A DNA stretch of 64,000 nucleotides from Dicyema japonicum (lineage: Eukaryota > Animalia > Dicyemida), in NCBI GenBank assembly GCA_011109175.1, contig RDEW01000009.1, positions 5,237-69,236 of the forward strand. Reading direction: 5' to 3'. Position numbers and translations under genes: made by a program. The notes under the pieces are model-generated. The model was given only the letters and a program-made list of their open reading frames with translations, did no database searches and had not been told where the DNA came from. Positions 39,255-52,399 of the stretch are shown here, in pieces. The first letter of the stretch is position 1; each line of letters starts with the position of its first letter.

Positions 39255-40250
39255 TAAACAATCTAGCTAATTAAGTGATCCCACCTTCCTCTGTCGTGTG
39301 CAACTTCTCTTAATTCGTCGAGATGTTCTCCACTGTTCAGTGATTTTTGGACGTACTTGAGATCCGCATCAAGTATTTAAGGAAGTGTTACTCGTGGGCG
39401 TTGAACAATTGTGCAATATAACGGTTCAACAACGGCGTTTTATATCCTTAACTGGAATGATATACTTGATCGTTGCTCATCACAGCTGTAGAAAGATCAT
39501 TTTTTCGAACAATGTCCCCACTGTCTCCAAGTGAGACCCAATTTTATTGTCTTCATCCATGGAAAGTCTGTTAAAAAAGTTTCCGTAAAATAAAAATCCT
39601 AAAAAAACAGAAAAAATCCTGTACCTTTGGAAGAACTGAGTGATATAATCTTCCAAACAAAAAAACAGTCGGAGTTGGAGTGGAGACTGTGTCCAGTTAG
39701 TATTGACTCATCTGTTCAGATAGCCTCATTCAGGTTGATAAAAGATAAAACCGAGATAATAAATTTTTACTTGAAGTGATTGTGACCTTGAAAAGCGTTG
39801 TCCACCAAATAAGCCAGGAATAACCAGGATTACCTTGGTAATGCCCACTATTATAGGAAGCGCCTCACATAGGTGGTAGCTCTTACAAATGGATTTTCTA
39901 ATAAACAGGCAGCTCTTACCAACTGCAAATGGATCTTCAAGTAATTAATGAAACCAAGATGGAAAACCTGAGATTATTACGATCCCTGGAGATTGCTTAT
40001 TGACATTCAGTGGAGATCATGTAATCTTTTTTGGATATCCAAGAACGTGAAAAAAACTAATGTTTACCGGAATACTGGTTAAATCAAGCTAAATTACCTT
40101 AGAGTGTATGTGGATGAGAATCGATTTTTAAAAGATCACATCAACAGCAGAAGGAAGAAATCTACTGCGAAGTTAAAATCGGTTCTTTTGTCTGAATCGG
40201 AGACGTTCCTCCACGTATATACAGCTAGCACTGAACGATTCTTGAGAACA
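39255..40250 (-). mobile_element. Decayed LINE RT ending EEGGIT*
   Basis: FLDIQK motif at about 40030-40050; GGTGGGATCACTTAATTAG terminus at about 39268-39286. Confidence 0.55.
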
Positions 40251-40299
40251 CTTCATTTCCGGATCAATTAGCATAGCTGTTCTTTCTTGTTATGTTTAA

Positions 40300-41971
40300 A
40301 AGGGAAAGTTTTATTATAATTTGTTGTAATTCGGCATCAAACAGATCTTTAATGATAAATATATTAATTAACAATCGTAAATTAACAAAACCACCATTTT
40401 AAAACAAAAACCCTGTTAACCATTAATAAACAACTTTAGATGTTTTGCCACAAAGATAGTTTTTTCCAAAAGCTCAAGATTCTTATTATTCGCTCCATGG
40501 GTAGTTTTGAGCATATTTATCGTCTAAATAGTTCCAATGTATCTCACCTCAAAACAGAACTTTTTCGTAACTGGAAGTCTCTCATACCCGTATAGTATAA
40601 TGTCCAAAGAAAATAGACAAATTGGTGCTATTCTCAAATGTTTCTAATTTGAGACAAAAAATCAACTTTATCTGATCGTACACGCTTTCCAAAGACTCGC
40701 GGGCTCTATGAATGTCTTCAATCCTCATAGAACAAGAAGTGATAATATTTCAGTTTTATATAATAAATGTGAGTGGTTGGGAGAATATGAGTCCATTTGT
40801 GCAACATTGTCTCAATTTTCAGAATAATATGAGAACCCATATCACTACAAATTTGATCGGGAAATACAAAATGGATGTAAATTGATTCCATTCTCCATAC
40901 TCAAAGGGTCCATTTCAAAGTATTTGTTATCCACGTGGGTCTTAAACTTTTTGTGACACAACGACAAGTCCACCATATCACTACATATTTGGTCAGAAAT
41001 TACATTTGGATATCAATTCTGTATTCTTCACACATCACCCGACGGTGTTCTAAGTATTCGTCATCCACGTGGGTCAGACACTTGTTACAACGGTTTGATA
41101 AATCTACCAGACCTGTCTGGCATGAAGGGCACTTTGTAGCATTGATTTGGGCATCAAATACATCGTCCGCACATCGGGGACATTCACAAGTGAAGAGTTC
41201 TAACAAGGCATTCCGATCTGCTCTGTTATTGATCACATCAATATAGCTTATGTAAATATTCTAAAGTTAAATAAAGTTAACTCCCAGGAGATCACATCTG
41301 TCGCTACAATTTTCAAGCGAATTCCTTCGAATAGCAAGCGTTGGGACGCAGGAATGGTCATATTTCGAGCCACTAGAGTAGACGTAAGTATCAACAACTT
41401 TATATATAACCAATTCCAAGTTCTTCACAATTATTAAATCACATTTTGTATGAATTTGTGTGCATTTTACAGTAATTTCGACATATTTACGTACTTCTAA
41501 TGATCCGGTATATTCAAAGCAATATGCAAGGCAAATGTGAAAAAGTGTTATTTTTTGTGCAAAATTTCATAGTCTGAACAGATTATAAGGGAAGACTAAC
41601 TTGAGGCTAATTCATGAATGATTTTTCATCTGAGTCTTCCTTTTTATCCAAAATCCCCAATTTGCACTTTAAGTAAATGTACGGAGTACCTTTAGACGAG
41701 TTGGAAGAATAAGCGAACATGATTTGGTGGTACTTTACATCCAGCAAGTTTACTACACTCGAATTTATGGATTTGCCAAGATTTTTTCTAAGTTACACAT
41801 TTTTAAACTTGGCAAGCTGGACTGCAGTATCTAAGGATTTTGCAACTTCCACATTTTTTAGATTTGATTCACTAAAGCACCACGAACACCTTAATGCAAG
41901 CAATTCCGTCTCAACACGTGGACGAACGGAAGAGATTCAACGATAATGTCACCTGGTTTGTATGACTTCAT
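40300..41971 (-). CDS. SMYD: SET and MYND domain lysine methyltransferase (SMYD-like); several one-base deficits in the assembly; end approximate
   Basis: PGDIIVESLPFVHV, CSWCF...CGSCKILRYCSPACQ..SWQIHKFEC (MYND), DHSCVP, LFTCECPRC (post-SET). Confidence 0.85.
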
Positions 41972-42049
41972 GACTATTATGTTTAAACCGTTAAGTTTCC
42001 ACGGTTTTATTGAAAAAAATTACGCAGTTGTAACGCAGTTCTCTTCACC

Positions 42050-43420
42050 CAATCTTGTCTTCCGATTTCTCACTACGAAAATGGTCTCAAACTTATTTCC
42101 CCACCTTTAATGGACATATCACAGTACCCACCATTGAGGGTTCTTCAATAGACAGGATCTGATCCTGAGACTTTCACGGTGGCAATTCCTAGAGATATGT
42201 TGTACAACAGTTACGGAATTGAACTGAATCTGACCAAGAATTCTAATCTTTAGGAGAAGTCTTATCGAATTGGATTTACTCCAGCATGGTATGATTGCCC
42301 AACTTGGTGGATGTAATCCCTTAAATTGGAATAATCAGGGAGTTCATTGAATTTTAATTTTCATTTGACCTAGTTTATTGAAATAAATCGACCTTATAGT
42401 CATGCCACATAGCGCTCACGTCAAAGATCACACAAAATTATCATTTTAAGCAAAATTATAGGTCACTTTGATCTCATGATTGGGTTACATAAGTTTGATA
42501 TTGGAGTAAAAAAACTTAGGGGTTCAAGGAACTGATGATTTTTCTACCTCTTCTTCATTCTGACTAGACCAATAAATATTATTTAGAAACTTGGTTTCTT
42601 GTGGTCATCCGCTCGTGGGAAACTCTCTTCTCCATTAAACGACTACCAAATAGTTTGTCTGGTGGAGGATACGGGAGAGGACCAGATATCTTTGACTAAA
42701 CAAGTCAGTTATATATCGTGTGGTCTCTTGAATTTTAGAATTCGAATAGTCAACCATAAAGGTAACGAAATGCCTGTGAAAGTGGGGGATTTATTTGTCT
42801 TAGTAACTCTCATATTCTTTGTGAATGATTTCATTCACTTAAATGATCTGAGCCTAAGATCACTGCTAAATGTAGCCACTGACTATGTACCCGGTATTTT
42901 AACATATCTAGCCATATTTCTACAAATTGATTAAATTTTTGACTGATGTTTTCTTAACGTGTGTTATTGTAGAGTTCTGGTCGAAAAGAGACACGAGATC
43001 GAAATTGTCACAAGAATAATCGCATACGACAGACTACTGAACTGCTGCAAACTGAACAGCTAGCATATTTGGCTTGAAAACATTAGACATGTCCAAGGCA
43101 GAGAAACATTACGACTGGATGATCTGTTAAGTATGGAAGTAGAATCTCAAAATAATTTCTCAAAGATGTTTGACAAATATTATGGGGACCAACCGTTGAG
43201 AACTAGTTTCTGTAAGTTGAAGATACCCCCAGAATACTTGGGAGACTAGATTTTTCCATGCAAACATATCCTCCCTTAAAAGTAAATCCGGGTTTTGGGA
43301 GTTAGCAATTCCTCGTCTATTGAGGTAACTCAATTCGCACAACAGCTGAAAGAGTTTTTCAGTTTTCCCGTCGTTGGTTGGCAAAATAGGCAGACACTAC
43401 AGAACATGAACATTGTGTAA
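42050..43420 (-). CDS. Hypothetical multi-exon gene (poorly resolved)
   Basis: Open segment KLFQLLCELSYLNRRG...WKNLVSQVFWGYLQL and other coding-like segments; the region has many indels. Confidence 0.35.
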
Positions 43421-43449
43421 AAATCAACTACGTAGTGAATATGGTTATG

Positions 43450-44985
43450 GTGGTATCCGTGCTTAAAAAATAGTTTTCAAGGTTGACTTCATTTCGCTTT
43501 GTAGTTCAATCCCGTGTTTAATTCCTACTCTTTTAGCAATATTCCTGATTTAAATGATCATAAAGTATACTTGGATGCGGGTTCTGTGATGAACGATAGA
43601 ATACCAGTAGGTTCGAAATCCTTCCGTTCGATAGTGCAGTAGATCACGTTTGTCTCTTCGAAAACCGTATATTCCCCCCATTTGACAGTTTTCTTGCTGT
43701 AGATGTCCAAAAAGAATAATGTTAGGGGGAAGTCTTTAATGATGGTATTGGTGGCTGTTTGAATCTAAGGATTCCTAAACGAGTCACTTTGATTCCAAAT
43801 TTGAACAAATCCTCGTTAAAGTTTTTGTTTATTCGGCCAACCTCGCTAAATCCGTTGTTTAAGGCTTCGTCGTCCAGTTCATGATTGGCTGGGATTTCGT
43901 AGAATTGGCGACTTTTGATTTAAAAAAGTTACTTTCTAACGATTTTAGTTCCTCCCGTAGTTCAAAATCAGGGACCAGCCTTGGAGCATCATTCTGTAGT
44001 CGAGTTCATTTCTAGCCCACGTGTCTGTCCCGTCCGAGCTCTGTTTAGTGAAAGACAAACTGTGTAGGCTATGTAAGGCTTCCTGCTGAAGTGGGTCCCG
44101 TTAACTTTGATGTTTGGGAGACACATCTTCCACGGATTCGCACGTGAATCTCTTTATGATGAGATCTAAGTGATTATATTCGCTCGACGAGGAAATCAGC
44201 TGCATTCCGATTATTCTAACGTGGTTACAATCTTACTTCTCCAGTGGTAAGATTTTGCGATTTTCTCAAATCTGTCCTCAAATGTCGGATACTCCATCTC
44301 CTCGATGATGATCCCATCGATGTAGTCCCTCACGTTCACCAAGGACAGCTAAGATTACAGTAAACTCAACATTCATGTTTTCCATGCTCGTATTGAAGCT
44401 GATTAGAAGATTGATGTCTTTAGTTAAACCAAAATCGACTATATTTAAGTAAGGATCTCTTTAATTTGGGCAAATCCACGTGAGGCTGAGGTGGGGACCT
44501 TAACTCAGTCTCGAAGACATCGTTTGTTAGAAAAGGTTGAATCCAAATCGCTTTGATTTTAAGTTTCTGATATATTCGAGTTTATCCAAGATCCCTACGT
44601 TAATTAAGGGACCCAACCTTGGATGTCGCCTTCTCCGCTCCCGTCGGAGTCGTAAAACGCCTTAACGTTGATTCTGTAAATCACGGCGTTATGAAACCAC
44701 ATAAAATCTCTCGGAAGTGTGCAAATTGGGTTTAAAAATATGATTAAAATCAGAGTAACAATCATCCCCCCAACAAGAAGACAAAATATCACCACAACGA
44801 AAATCCTGACCTGGCAAACCTCAAACATCAAAGACTTGTCTCCAAAACCGATCATCCATGGTTTCAACGGTTTCTCTGCTGAGGTGAGAACAATTTTGCG
44901 TTGGCTGGTTCGGAGTTTGGTCCTCGGTTAATCTACTTTCGATTTCTTCGTCATCAGCCACTTCAACCAGGTTCTGATCGGACAT
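43450..44985 (-). CDS. SLC3A: SLC3A heteromeric amino-acid transporter heavy chain (4F2hc/rBAT-like); frameshifted in the assembly; end approximate
   Basis: DRFWRQ|VRIF + TM + NPICTLP...WFHNAVIYRINVKAFYDSDGSGEGDIQG|ILDKLEYI, TDLTWICPN, DYIDG, NYGEEL, PIMNW..NNGFS. Confidence 0.85.
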
Positions 44986-45909
44986 GCACGATTGGAAACA
45001 GCGGGAAATAAATGTTTTAAAACGTTTTTTCCAAGAATTTGTCGTTTATGAATTAATTAGTGGCGAAATTAGTGCAGGTTATGTCTTCGATTGAATGCCG
45101 AACATGCATGACACGTGGATGTGAATACACTGTACAGTACATCCCGGAATATTGACTTGCCAGGAGCACGTCTCAATTACTTACAAATTCTGATAATCAA
45201 GGTTTTTAGGTCAAAGTTCTTTCGTCAAAATGAACGGCGAACAAAAATTTCCAAATTTTGTAGGATTTTCCGATCGAAATGAGATATATGAGGATCAACT
45301 GAAACACCTCAGAATTTTGCAAAATCGATAAACCTTGAAATTTATTTCAAAGAGGTTCAAGTGAATTTTCAAACCGCAAGTTGGACTATAATGCTAGAAA
45401 ATCACTGAATTTTTAGAATAACGTAACGTCTGATGAAGGTCAATTCTCGTCAAACAGATCCCACCCGTAAGTGACAGTCCTTCTGGCACGACACAGTTGT
45501 TGAAAGGGATCTTCCTTCTCTGACCATCCCCTTGTAAGACTATCCATTATGAGAAACTCTTCCGCGACGGTAAGACGTGTGATGAAAATGGAAGAGGGCA
45601 AACCTACTTCTCCACCCCTTTTCTGAAGTGGAAGCCTGTAATGTACTATTGGAGGACGGCTGGTGATATAGAGCATAATCAGGGTCCGATTCTAGGCTGA
45701 TTATTCTACGGAATCCACAATAAAGACTTGGAACTAAGTTCATCTTACCCTACTCAAAAGTGCACATTCCCCTCATTCAGGAAACGAAAATCTCTAGAAC
45801 ACTGGTTCCCAAAGTGTGCCTGGAGGCACCCTAGGCTGCCTCAAAAAAATAATGATATTTTAAAAAATTAATTTAAATTAAATATTTTGTTATACAGGAT
45901 TTTCCGATT

Positions 45910-46999
45910 TATTTAATAACTTTGTCATAAAATTTAATAATTTGTCAAATATTTAATAACTTTGTCAAAATGTTTAATAATTTGTTAAAATATTTAATAA
46001 CTTTGTCAAAATGTTTAATAACTTTGTCAAAATACTTAATAACTTTAAAGAAGATGCTAATAAAAATTGAAGAAGATGCTTCATTTACGCTGAAGAATTT
46101 ACAAAATTCTTTATTTGATGTGAAAGAAAAAATGTCTCTCAATCGGCAATAAATAGGACGCTAAGTGACATTTGGATATAGTTTTAAAAAATCAATTTGT
46201 ACCTATGGCGAGAAATTCTAAACAATAAATATGGAAGAAGATATAGATCTGCCAGAAAAATAATTGAAGTTGATAATCAACGGCTTATTTTTATAGACGA
46301 AATGGGAGTCAATTGTTTGATGAGATCCAAATTTGGAAGATCTATAAAAGGAGTTTACTTCGAAAAAATGTACTAGAAACATAAGAGAGAAAAATTTCGC
46401 TATTTGTGCTGCTATTTCTGTGGACGGCTTTTACATTACGGAATCCAATTCTCCTTATTGCGGCGGAGACGTTCATTGATATTGTAATGCAGCTTAATTA
46501 TAAGCTTGAAATGCAGGGAAAAAAGTATGGTTATATATTATATTTAAGACATGGTATTGATTTGTGACAATGCATCAATTCACAAGAGCGAGCAATTAAA
46601 AATGTTGTATCGGACTGGTATCCAATTAATTTTTAAACGTGTATAGGGTATGAATTGTATTTTTTGCCTCCTTATACTCCTCAACTTAATCCAATGAAGA
46701 GTTTTTTTCTGTTGAAAAAAATAACATCAAAAGAAAAAATTGTAGAACTCGATGAATTAATAAACGCAATCCAAAACATCAGAAAATTCCATCAGATGTG
46801 TGCAATAATTTGTATAGCCTCATGCGGAGCCATTTAGTTAAAGCATTGGCTAATGAAGAATTTTAATTTATAATTGTTTTTTTCAATTAATTATAAAATT
46901 GGTTTCTTTTAATTTGACCGCTTTACAAAGTTATTAAATATTTTGACAAATTATTAAACATTTTTGACAAGTTATTAAATATTTTGACAAATTATTGTA
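45910..46999 (+). mobile_element. IS630/Tc1-type (DDE_3) transposon nested in Charlie
   Basis: FIDEMG, DNASIHK, FLPPYTPQLNPM; inverted ends built of about 20-bp repeats AATAACTTTGTCAAAATATTT. Confidence 0.8.
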
Positions 47000-47629
47000 A
47001 TATTCCACGCCTAATTTAATTTCGCGTGTTATTTTTTTCTTGTTGGTTGATATATGCCTATTAAAGTTTACAACTTTATTATTCCTCTAGAATAGAAAAT
47101 ATAGAAAGAACATCTTGCTTATGAATTTTTCCAGTTTGAAGTGATTCGAAGAGAGCAGAGTTGTATTGATGTGCCACAAAATTATGTCAAAAGAGACATT
47201 AGTATCAGCTAAGCTCCATCGACATCGCATTGTTCAGCATAAAAAATTGATAAACAAAGATACATCTTTTTTTGGAAAAAATGCTTCCTGCTTTTTAGTA
47301 ATTCGAAAAAATTCGATATATAAAACTTATGAAATTTAAAAGATGAAAATTTAAAAGCCACTGAAGCTTCCTATGAAGTTGATTATAACTTTTAATTTAT
47401 CTTAGATAAGTGACCTTATTGCAAAAAATAGAGTTTGACGAATCAACTCATGTTGAAGATTATCCTTTTGACATTAAGACAAAACCTGTGAATTTAATAT
47501 AAAAGAATACGAACAGTTGATTCAGTCAACTGAGGACTCCTTATTAAAATATGAATATAACTGGCATTTGCCCGCGTGGCGCCATCTGGTGCTGCGTGGT
47601 TTAATTGGTTTAAATTTATGCTTGCTTGT

Positions 47630-47890
47630 CTGTTCCTCCTCTCTCTTCCTAATAGAGTGGCGTCATGTGATCCACCTGTCTAGGTGACGCCCAGTGCCAG
47701 GCCGGCATGAAAAAGGATCATTGCTCTCCCCACTCCACTGGAGGGGTTTCCACAACTGCATGTAATGGACTACCCTTTATGCTGATTCCGGATGGACTCT
47801 GTTTCTGTAGAAGTGGAAACTGGATGCACTTAATTAGTTGGTTACTTTAACTTTCTTTCTCGGTGTATCCGGGGTTAATAAAAAAATTAA
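47630..47890 (+). mobile_element. Short LINE 3' fragment nested in Charlie
   Basis: Ends ACTGGATGCACTTAATTAGTTGG...CGGGGTTAATAAAAAA, like the copies at 750-800 and 60160-60235. Confidence 0.65.
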
Positions 47891-50249
47891 AAAAAAAACT
47901 GGGATTGTTTCATTTTTGGTCTGAATGCAGTTGGAAATATGAAGAAATAGGCAAAAAAACATAATTTCTTTATTACATTTTTGACTACCTACCTCTGCGA
48001 GTTCGGCTTTTTCTTATATTCTTCAACGAAAACAAAGTACAGGAATAGGCTTGAAGCTTCCTCAGACATAAGATTGCAACTATCGACATTGACCCCGGAC
48101 ATTAAAGGTCTCTGCAAGCAAAAAAACAGTCACACCTTTCACATTAATTTAATTTCTGTTGCCTTAATAAATAAAATCAGAAATATTATTATTAATAAAA
48201 ACATTAGGGTGCCTCAAATTTTTAGAAAAATCAGAAAAAGGTGCCTCACCTCAAAAAAGTTAGGGAACCACTGCTCTAGAACATCCCCCACCGTTGTTTC
48301 CCAGGCTATTGTGTACTTCGCAAGGGCCGGGAAAAAAGTATCGGTGGAGGAGGGAATTATATTTACGGACGTCACCCATTTGCTTCTTCTCTTTTAAAGG
48401 GGATATTATTTTGGAACAGTTTTCTGTTGAAGTATCCTTTTCGCCGAAGTGATGTTTACATTTTGTAATGTGTATATCCCCCTTTAGTGGTCGTGTACGA
48501 CTTCCTATATTCCCAACCTATCTAGATCACGTGGACTAAAGGATTTGTTATTATGCGATGACGTAAACACCAAACATCAACTCTGGCTCAGGTCACAATC
48601 AGCCAACAGTCGAAGAGAGTACATCTTATCTCCAGTTCCAGAATTCCCAACTATTACGAGTTAACCACAGAGTCAAGTGAACCGTCTCGTTTGACGAGTG
48701 TCGTTGTCTGGAAAGCGCTAAGAAGTTTCAACGGTCTAATCAACGAGGATGGCAGGTGGGATTGCCCAGTCCCCCACATTCTACTTATAATCAGCCGAGT
48801 AAACTAATAAAATGCTTAGTCGCCATAAGTCTAAAGGACTACGACCATAAGCCTCAAGGACTCGTTACAGAAATCCAAAACCCACATCGCATATTACCTA
48901 TTTCACACCTGGTGAGGTGGATGATTCCATTTTCACTACCTGCAACCCGTGCCGGTGGACCCGATGGAATATCATCGACCCACCTTAAACATCTTGGATC
49001 ATAAGCCAAGTCATATAACAGACTTTAAAATTATTCTATCAAAATAAAAGTTCTCTCAGATATCTGAAAGAGTTCACCCGCTCTCCTTACATGCAAAATT
49101 TCCGAATTGTTGGAAAAGCTTGTTCTAAGGATAATCCGTAACCTTTCTTCCAACGTGGCTTCAACTCGGGTCGCTGGACGCATCTTGGATTTGTTTCATA
49201 ATTTATCACCGATCGTTTCAACACACCAAAAATCCATATTCAAACAGCTTTACTCTAAAAAATTCATCTTATTCGCAAAAAGGATCTCGAGGTCTATGCT
49301 TACGAAAAAGATTTTTGAAACTTCTATTAATTCTAATATAAAACGGTGGCTGAGCAATTTCATTTCCTGGCACTTGAGGGAGGTCGGTGGGGTCACTATA
49401 ATTCAATATCTCGCTTGTTACCGAACAGTGTGCCACAAGGATCTCCACTGTCCCCTGCTTTATTCAATTTTTTATTCAATATTCCAAACGTTAATGATCC
49501 AGACATGGTGTTCCTACTTTATGCAGAAGTCTTGACCAATGAACTGGGGAAGTATTGAAGGAAATTATAAAGAAGTGTCGCTTTTTGAGGACTAAATATC
49601 CAGATTTTATAGGCAGGTCATAGTTCTAAAAATCGAATATACCTGTCCCCCGTGAAGATTTTCGATATCCTCCTCATAAATTAATAACTCAATCATAAGG
49701 AGAACTACACGTTTGCATCTACCTATGACAACCCCCATTCCCACTCTGCATTCAGAAGAGTCTACGAGGAACCATGGCTGGGATTCCTGTGTTTCTGCAA
49801 AGAACCAGGAAACCATTGGCCGGTGCTCGAGCAGATAACATCGATCCTAAAGAAGGACACGTCGGTCGATTTCCTTTGTAGGCATTCGCGAGGCTATATC
49901 GTCTATAGTTGGGACATTAAAAGACCATGGAAGGAAGATCCAGGAATTAATGGAGGCTGGGGTCACTTAATTAGTGGTTTTGACATCTTTTTTGTGATCT
50001 TGGGGTTCTCAGATAAATAAATTATATTCTGCAGGCATTGAACAGGCAATGGGAGTTACCCCTCATGATGGCGACCCCAACTAATTTTAGTAACATTAAT
50101 AATGAAGATTTAAGCTAAAGATTCTACTTCACTCATCTTGGTTCCCTCACAAAATTTATTGCTGGGGGATTCACACATATCCTAGAGGACTAGATGAAAG
50201 TAGACTTCACGTTCGTTATGGAGTGCGGTTCAAGACTCAGTCTCCGCTG

Positions 50250-51460
50250 ATTTCAACACCCATTGTCTGTCTGGAATCACTTAACTGGGACATTCTCTTT
50301 TAACCCAGTGACCCTGGGCAATAAACAATAACTGAATTCTGTAGGAGTGTCTTCTTAGTCCACAAGTGACCGTAAAAAGTTATGGGAGTCACATGTTTCC
50401 TACGTGACTAAGTAATTATTCTGGTTTTGAATCAACGACTATTCCGTCAGTCTCATAAAGACCGAGATAAGGAGGTCATATGATTTGTGGTAACCAAGGT
50501 TTATTTGAACAATCGGACTGATGACGAATCTCAGTTGATGTACATTTCTCGAGGGAGATAAGATATTGATGTCAGGTCAGTTTTTTTAGAAGATATTCTG
50601 TGACCTTACCGTGATCTGAGCTCCTGTACGCTCACCGATCTTATCTGTTACATCCAATTTTTTATAAAGCTTGGATGAATGACAATGAAAACATTTGAAT
50701 GGAAGAAACAAGAAGGATGTATAAGGGACTGTATTTTCTCTTACTAAATTCCGTTTTCGTGATTACGTGTTCTGTAAATTTGTCTCTCCTTGTTCTGATG
50801 TCGTCTATTCGCCGTTCTCTGTAGTAACAAAGAGGTCTATCTGGAGTTGTTTTGTGGTTTCTTTTATTTTTAGGTAATTCTTTCAATTTGGCATGTCTCA
50901 GCTCAATTCTGAGCTTCTTCTCGATCTTTAAGTCAAAAACTGAATTAGATTAAATGATCTCTCTAGGTCTCGTCTTCTTTTTGGTGGAGGGTAACATGTT
51001 GGGATAATACAGTCCGACTGAAATGAAACAAAAATTCCCCAATTTTGAAGATTTCTCCAAAAATGAGGGTCTTCTTAAAAAAGCTTAATACTGGGAGTTT
51101 AAATTATTATCGTGCGTCATGTGGTTCACCATCTCTGATGGCGTTAAATATAATCCTAAATCCTAAAGAAACTAAAATCCACGACGCACGTGAGACCCGG
51201 TGGCTTCTCCAGTTGATCTATGTTGCAATCGTGAGAAGCAACGCAACGTCGATAATGTCGGCGGGGTCCACTTTGGATGGTTGACTGTGTTAATTTAATT
51301 ACATTATTGATTTATTTAAAGTCATCTTAAATATATCCAAAAAGAAGTAAAACAACCATTCATAGGAGTTCTCCCTGGACGGCACTTCCTTCAAGTCCGA
51401 GTAGGCGAAGCTACTGAGGGAGGGCGGGATCACCTGATTTTTTTCATTTTGGCTATGACG
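50250..51460. mobile_element. Cluster of LINE fragments, both strands
   Basis: GGAATCACTTAA at about 50273 (+); reverse copy of the 38760 repeat at 50900-51290; KLLREGGIT* at about 51410-51437 (+). Confidence 0.55.
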
Positions 51461-51519
51461 TTGTTTTTGGTTCAATAAAATTTATAAAAATTAAAAATTT
51501 AAATTGATAAAGAAATTTG

Positions 51520-52080
51520 TCATTTTCATGTTATTTTGTTCTTTTTTCGTGATGAATGCAAAATATCTTTAAATCTTTTTAAGAAGTCAGGAGTTTCTTG
51601 TTTGACTACATTAAAGTGCACTGTGAAAGCACGTTCCGTATCTTTCATGACTTCATAATCAAGTGTCTCACTGTTATCTTCTTCAGATCATCAAGGTCTC
51701 CAAATTATCATTTTCCAATTATATCCTGATTAATTGGGCTGTTTTTGTTATCATGTTATTTTCTAGTTTCACAAAATTCAACTTCCAAGGCCTTTTCAAA
51801 GCAATTTCGTATTTCTGATTTATTTCGTCCAAAGTCACAGTTGCGTTTATAAGAATGCCTATTTGCAATTTTACATGCAATAAGTTTTAATGTTGATCCT
51901 TTGCATCTCAGAGAACGGAAACTTCATAAACTTCCGTATTTAATTGGTACCTATTTACTAAATTTGACGTATAGCAGCCTTCGCATAAGATTTCTTCCCT
52001 CTTCAGTCAGACTTCCTTTAGAAATGCCATACTTCTCACAAATAAATGCATATTTATCTGATCTGACTAGTTTTTTCATT
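51520..52080 (-). CDS. Possible hypothetical gene
   Basis: MKKLVRSDKYAFICEKYG...LLYVKFSK and KDTERAFTVHFNVVKQETPDFLKRFKD; joins unresolved. Confidence 0.3.
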
Positions 52081-52399
52081 TTGATTTAACTTCCTGGTCA
52101 TACCCCTTCTAAATTTTTAAGACAAATTTAAAAATTAAAAATTGTCACACTAATTTCCCCATTTTGGGGTTTTTTACTAAGAAAATTTTATTATTTCTAT
52201 TAAAATGATAAATCTCCCCAAAATTGAGGTTTTCCCCGCCGTCTGAGTGTCCGCAAAACGTGGTCGACTGTACTAAGGTAGTCCATGCTTTCTAAACATC
52301 GGTTGTATTTTTCACCCAATCCCCTAATTATGTTGCATTCAATTTCTAAATTCCCCTAACATTATGGTAGCCCTGCATGGTCAAACCACCGGACTGTCC

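Larger units (their letters stand above)
45800..48273 (+). mobile_element. hAT-Charlie (ZBED5/Buster-like) DNA transposon, internally deleted
   Basis: TIR CA(C/G)TGGTTCCC; 8-bp TSD CTCTAGAA at 45792-45799 and 48274-48281; KLHRH..KH..KD..FF, KATEASY, TTYLCEFGF...KTKYRNRL. Confidence 0.92.
45700..49980 (+). mobile_element. I/Jockey-like LINE split by a hAT-Charlie insertion
   Basis: LIQETKIS| ... |TSPT..FPGYCVLRKGR...GGGG rejoins after removing 45800-48281; RT NSVPQGSPLSPALFN at about 49425; ends MEAGVT*-TTAG at about 49970. Confidence 0.75.

Noticed and set aside
45440-45676. ORF with LPLQKRGGEVGLPS resembling an R2 RT thumb
   Set aside because: Single weak motif; the opposite strand is better explained as the 5' part of the split LINE.
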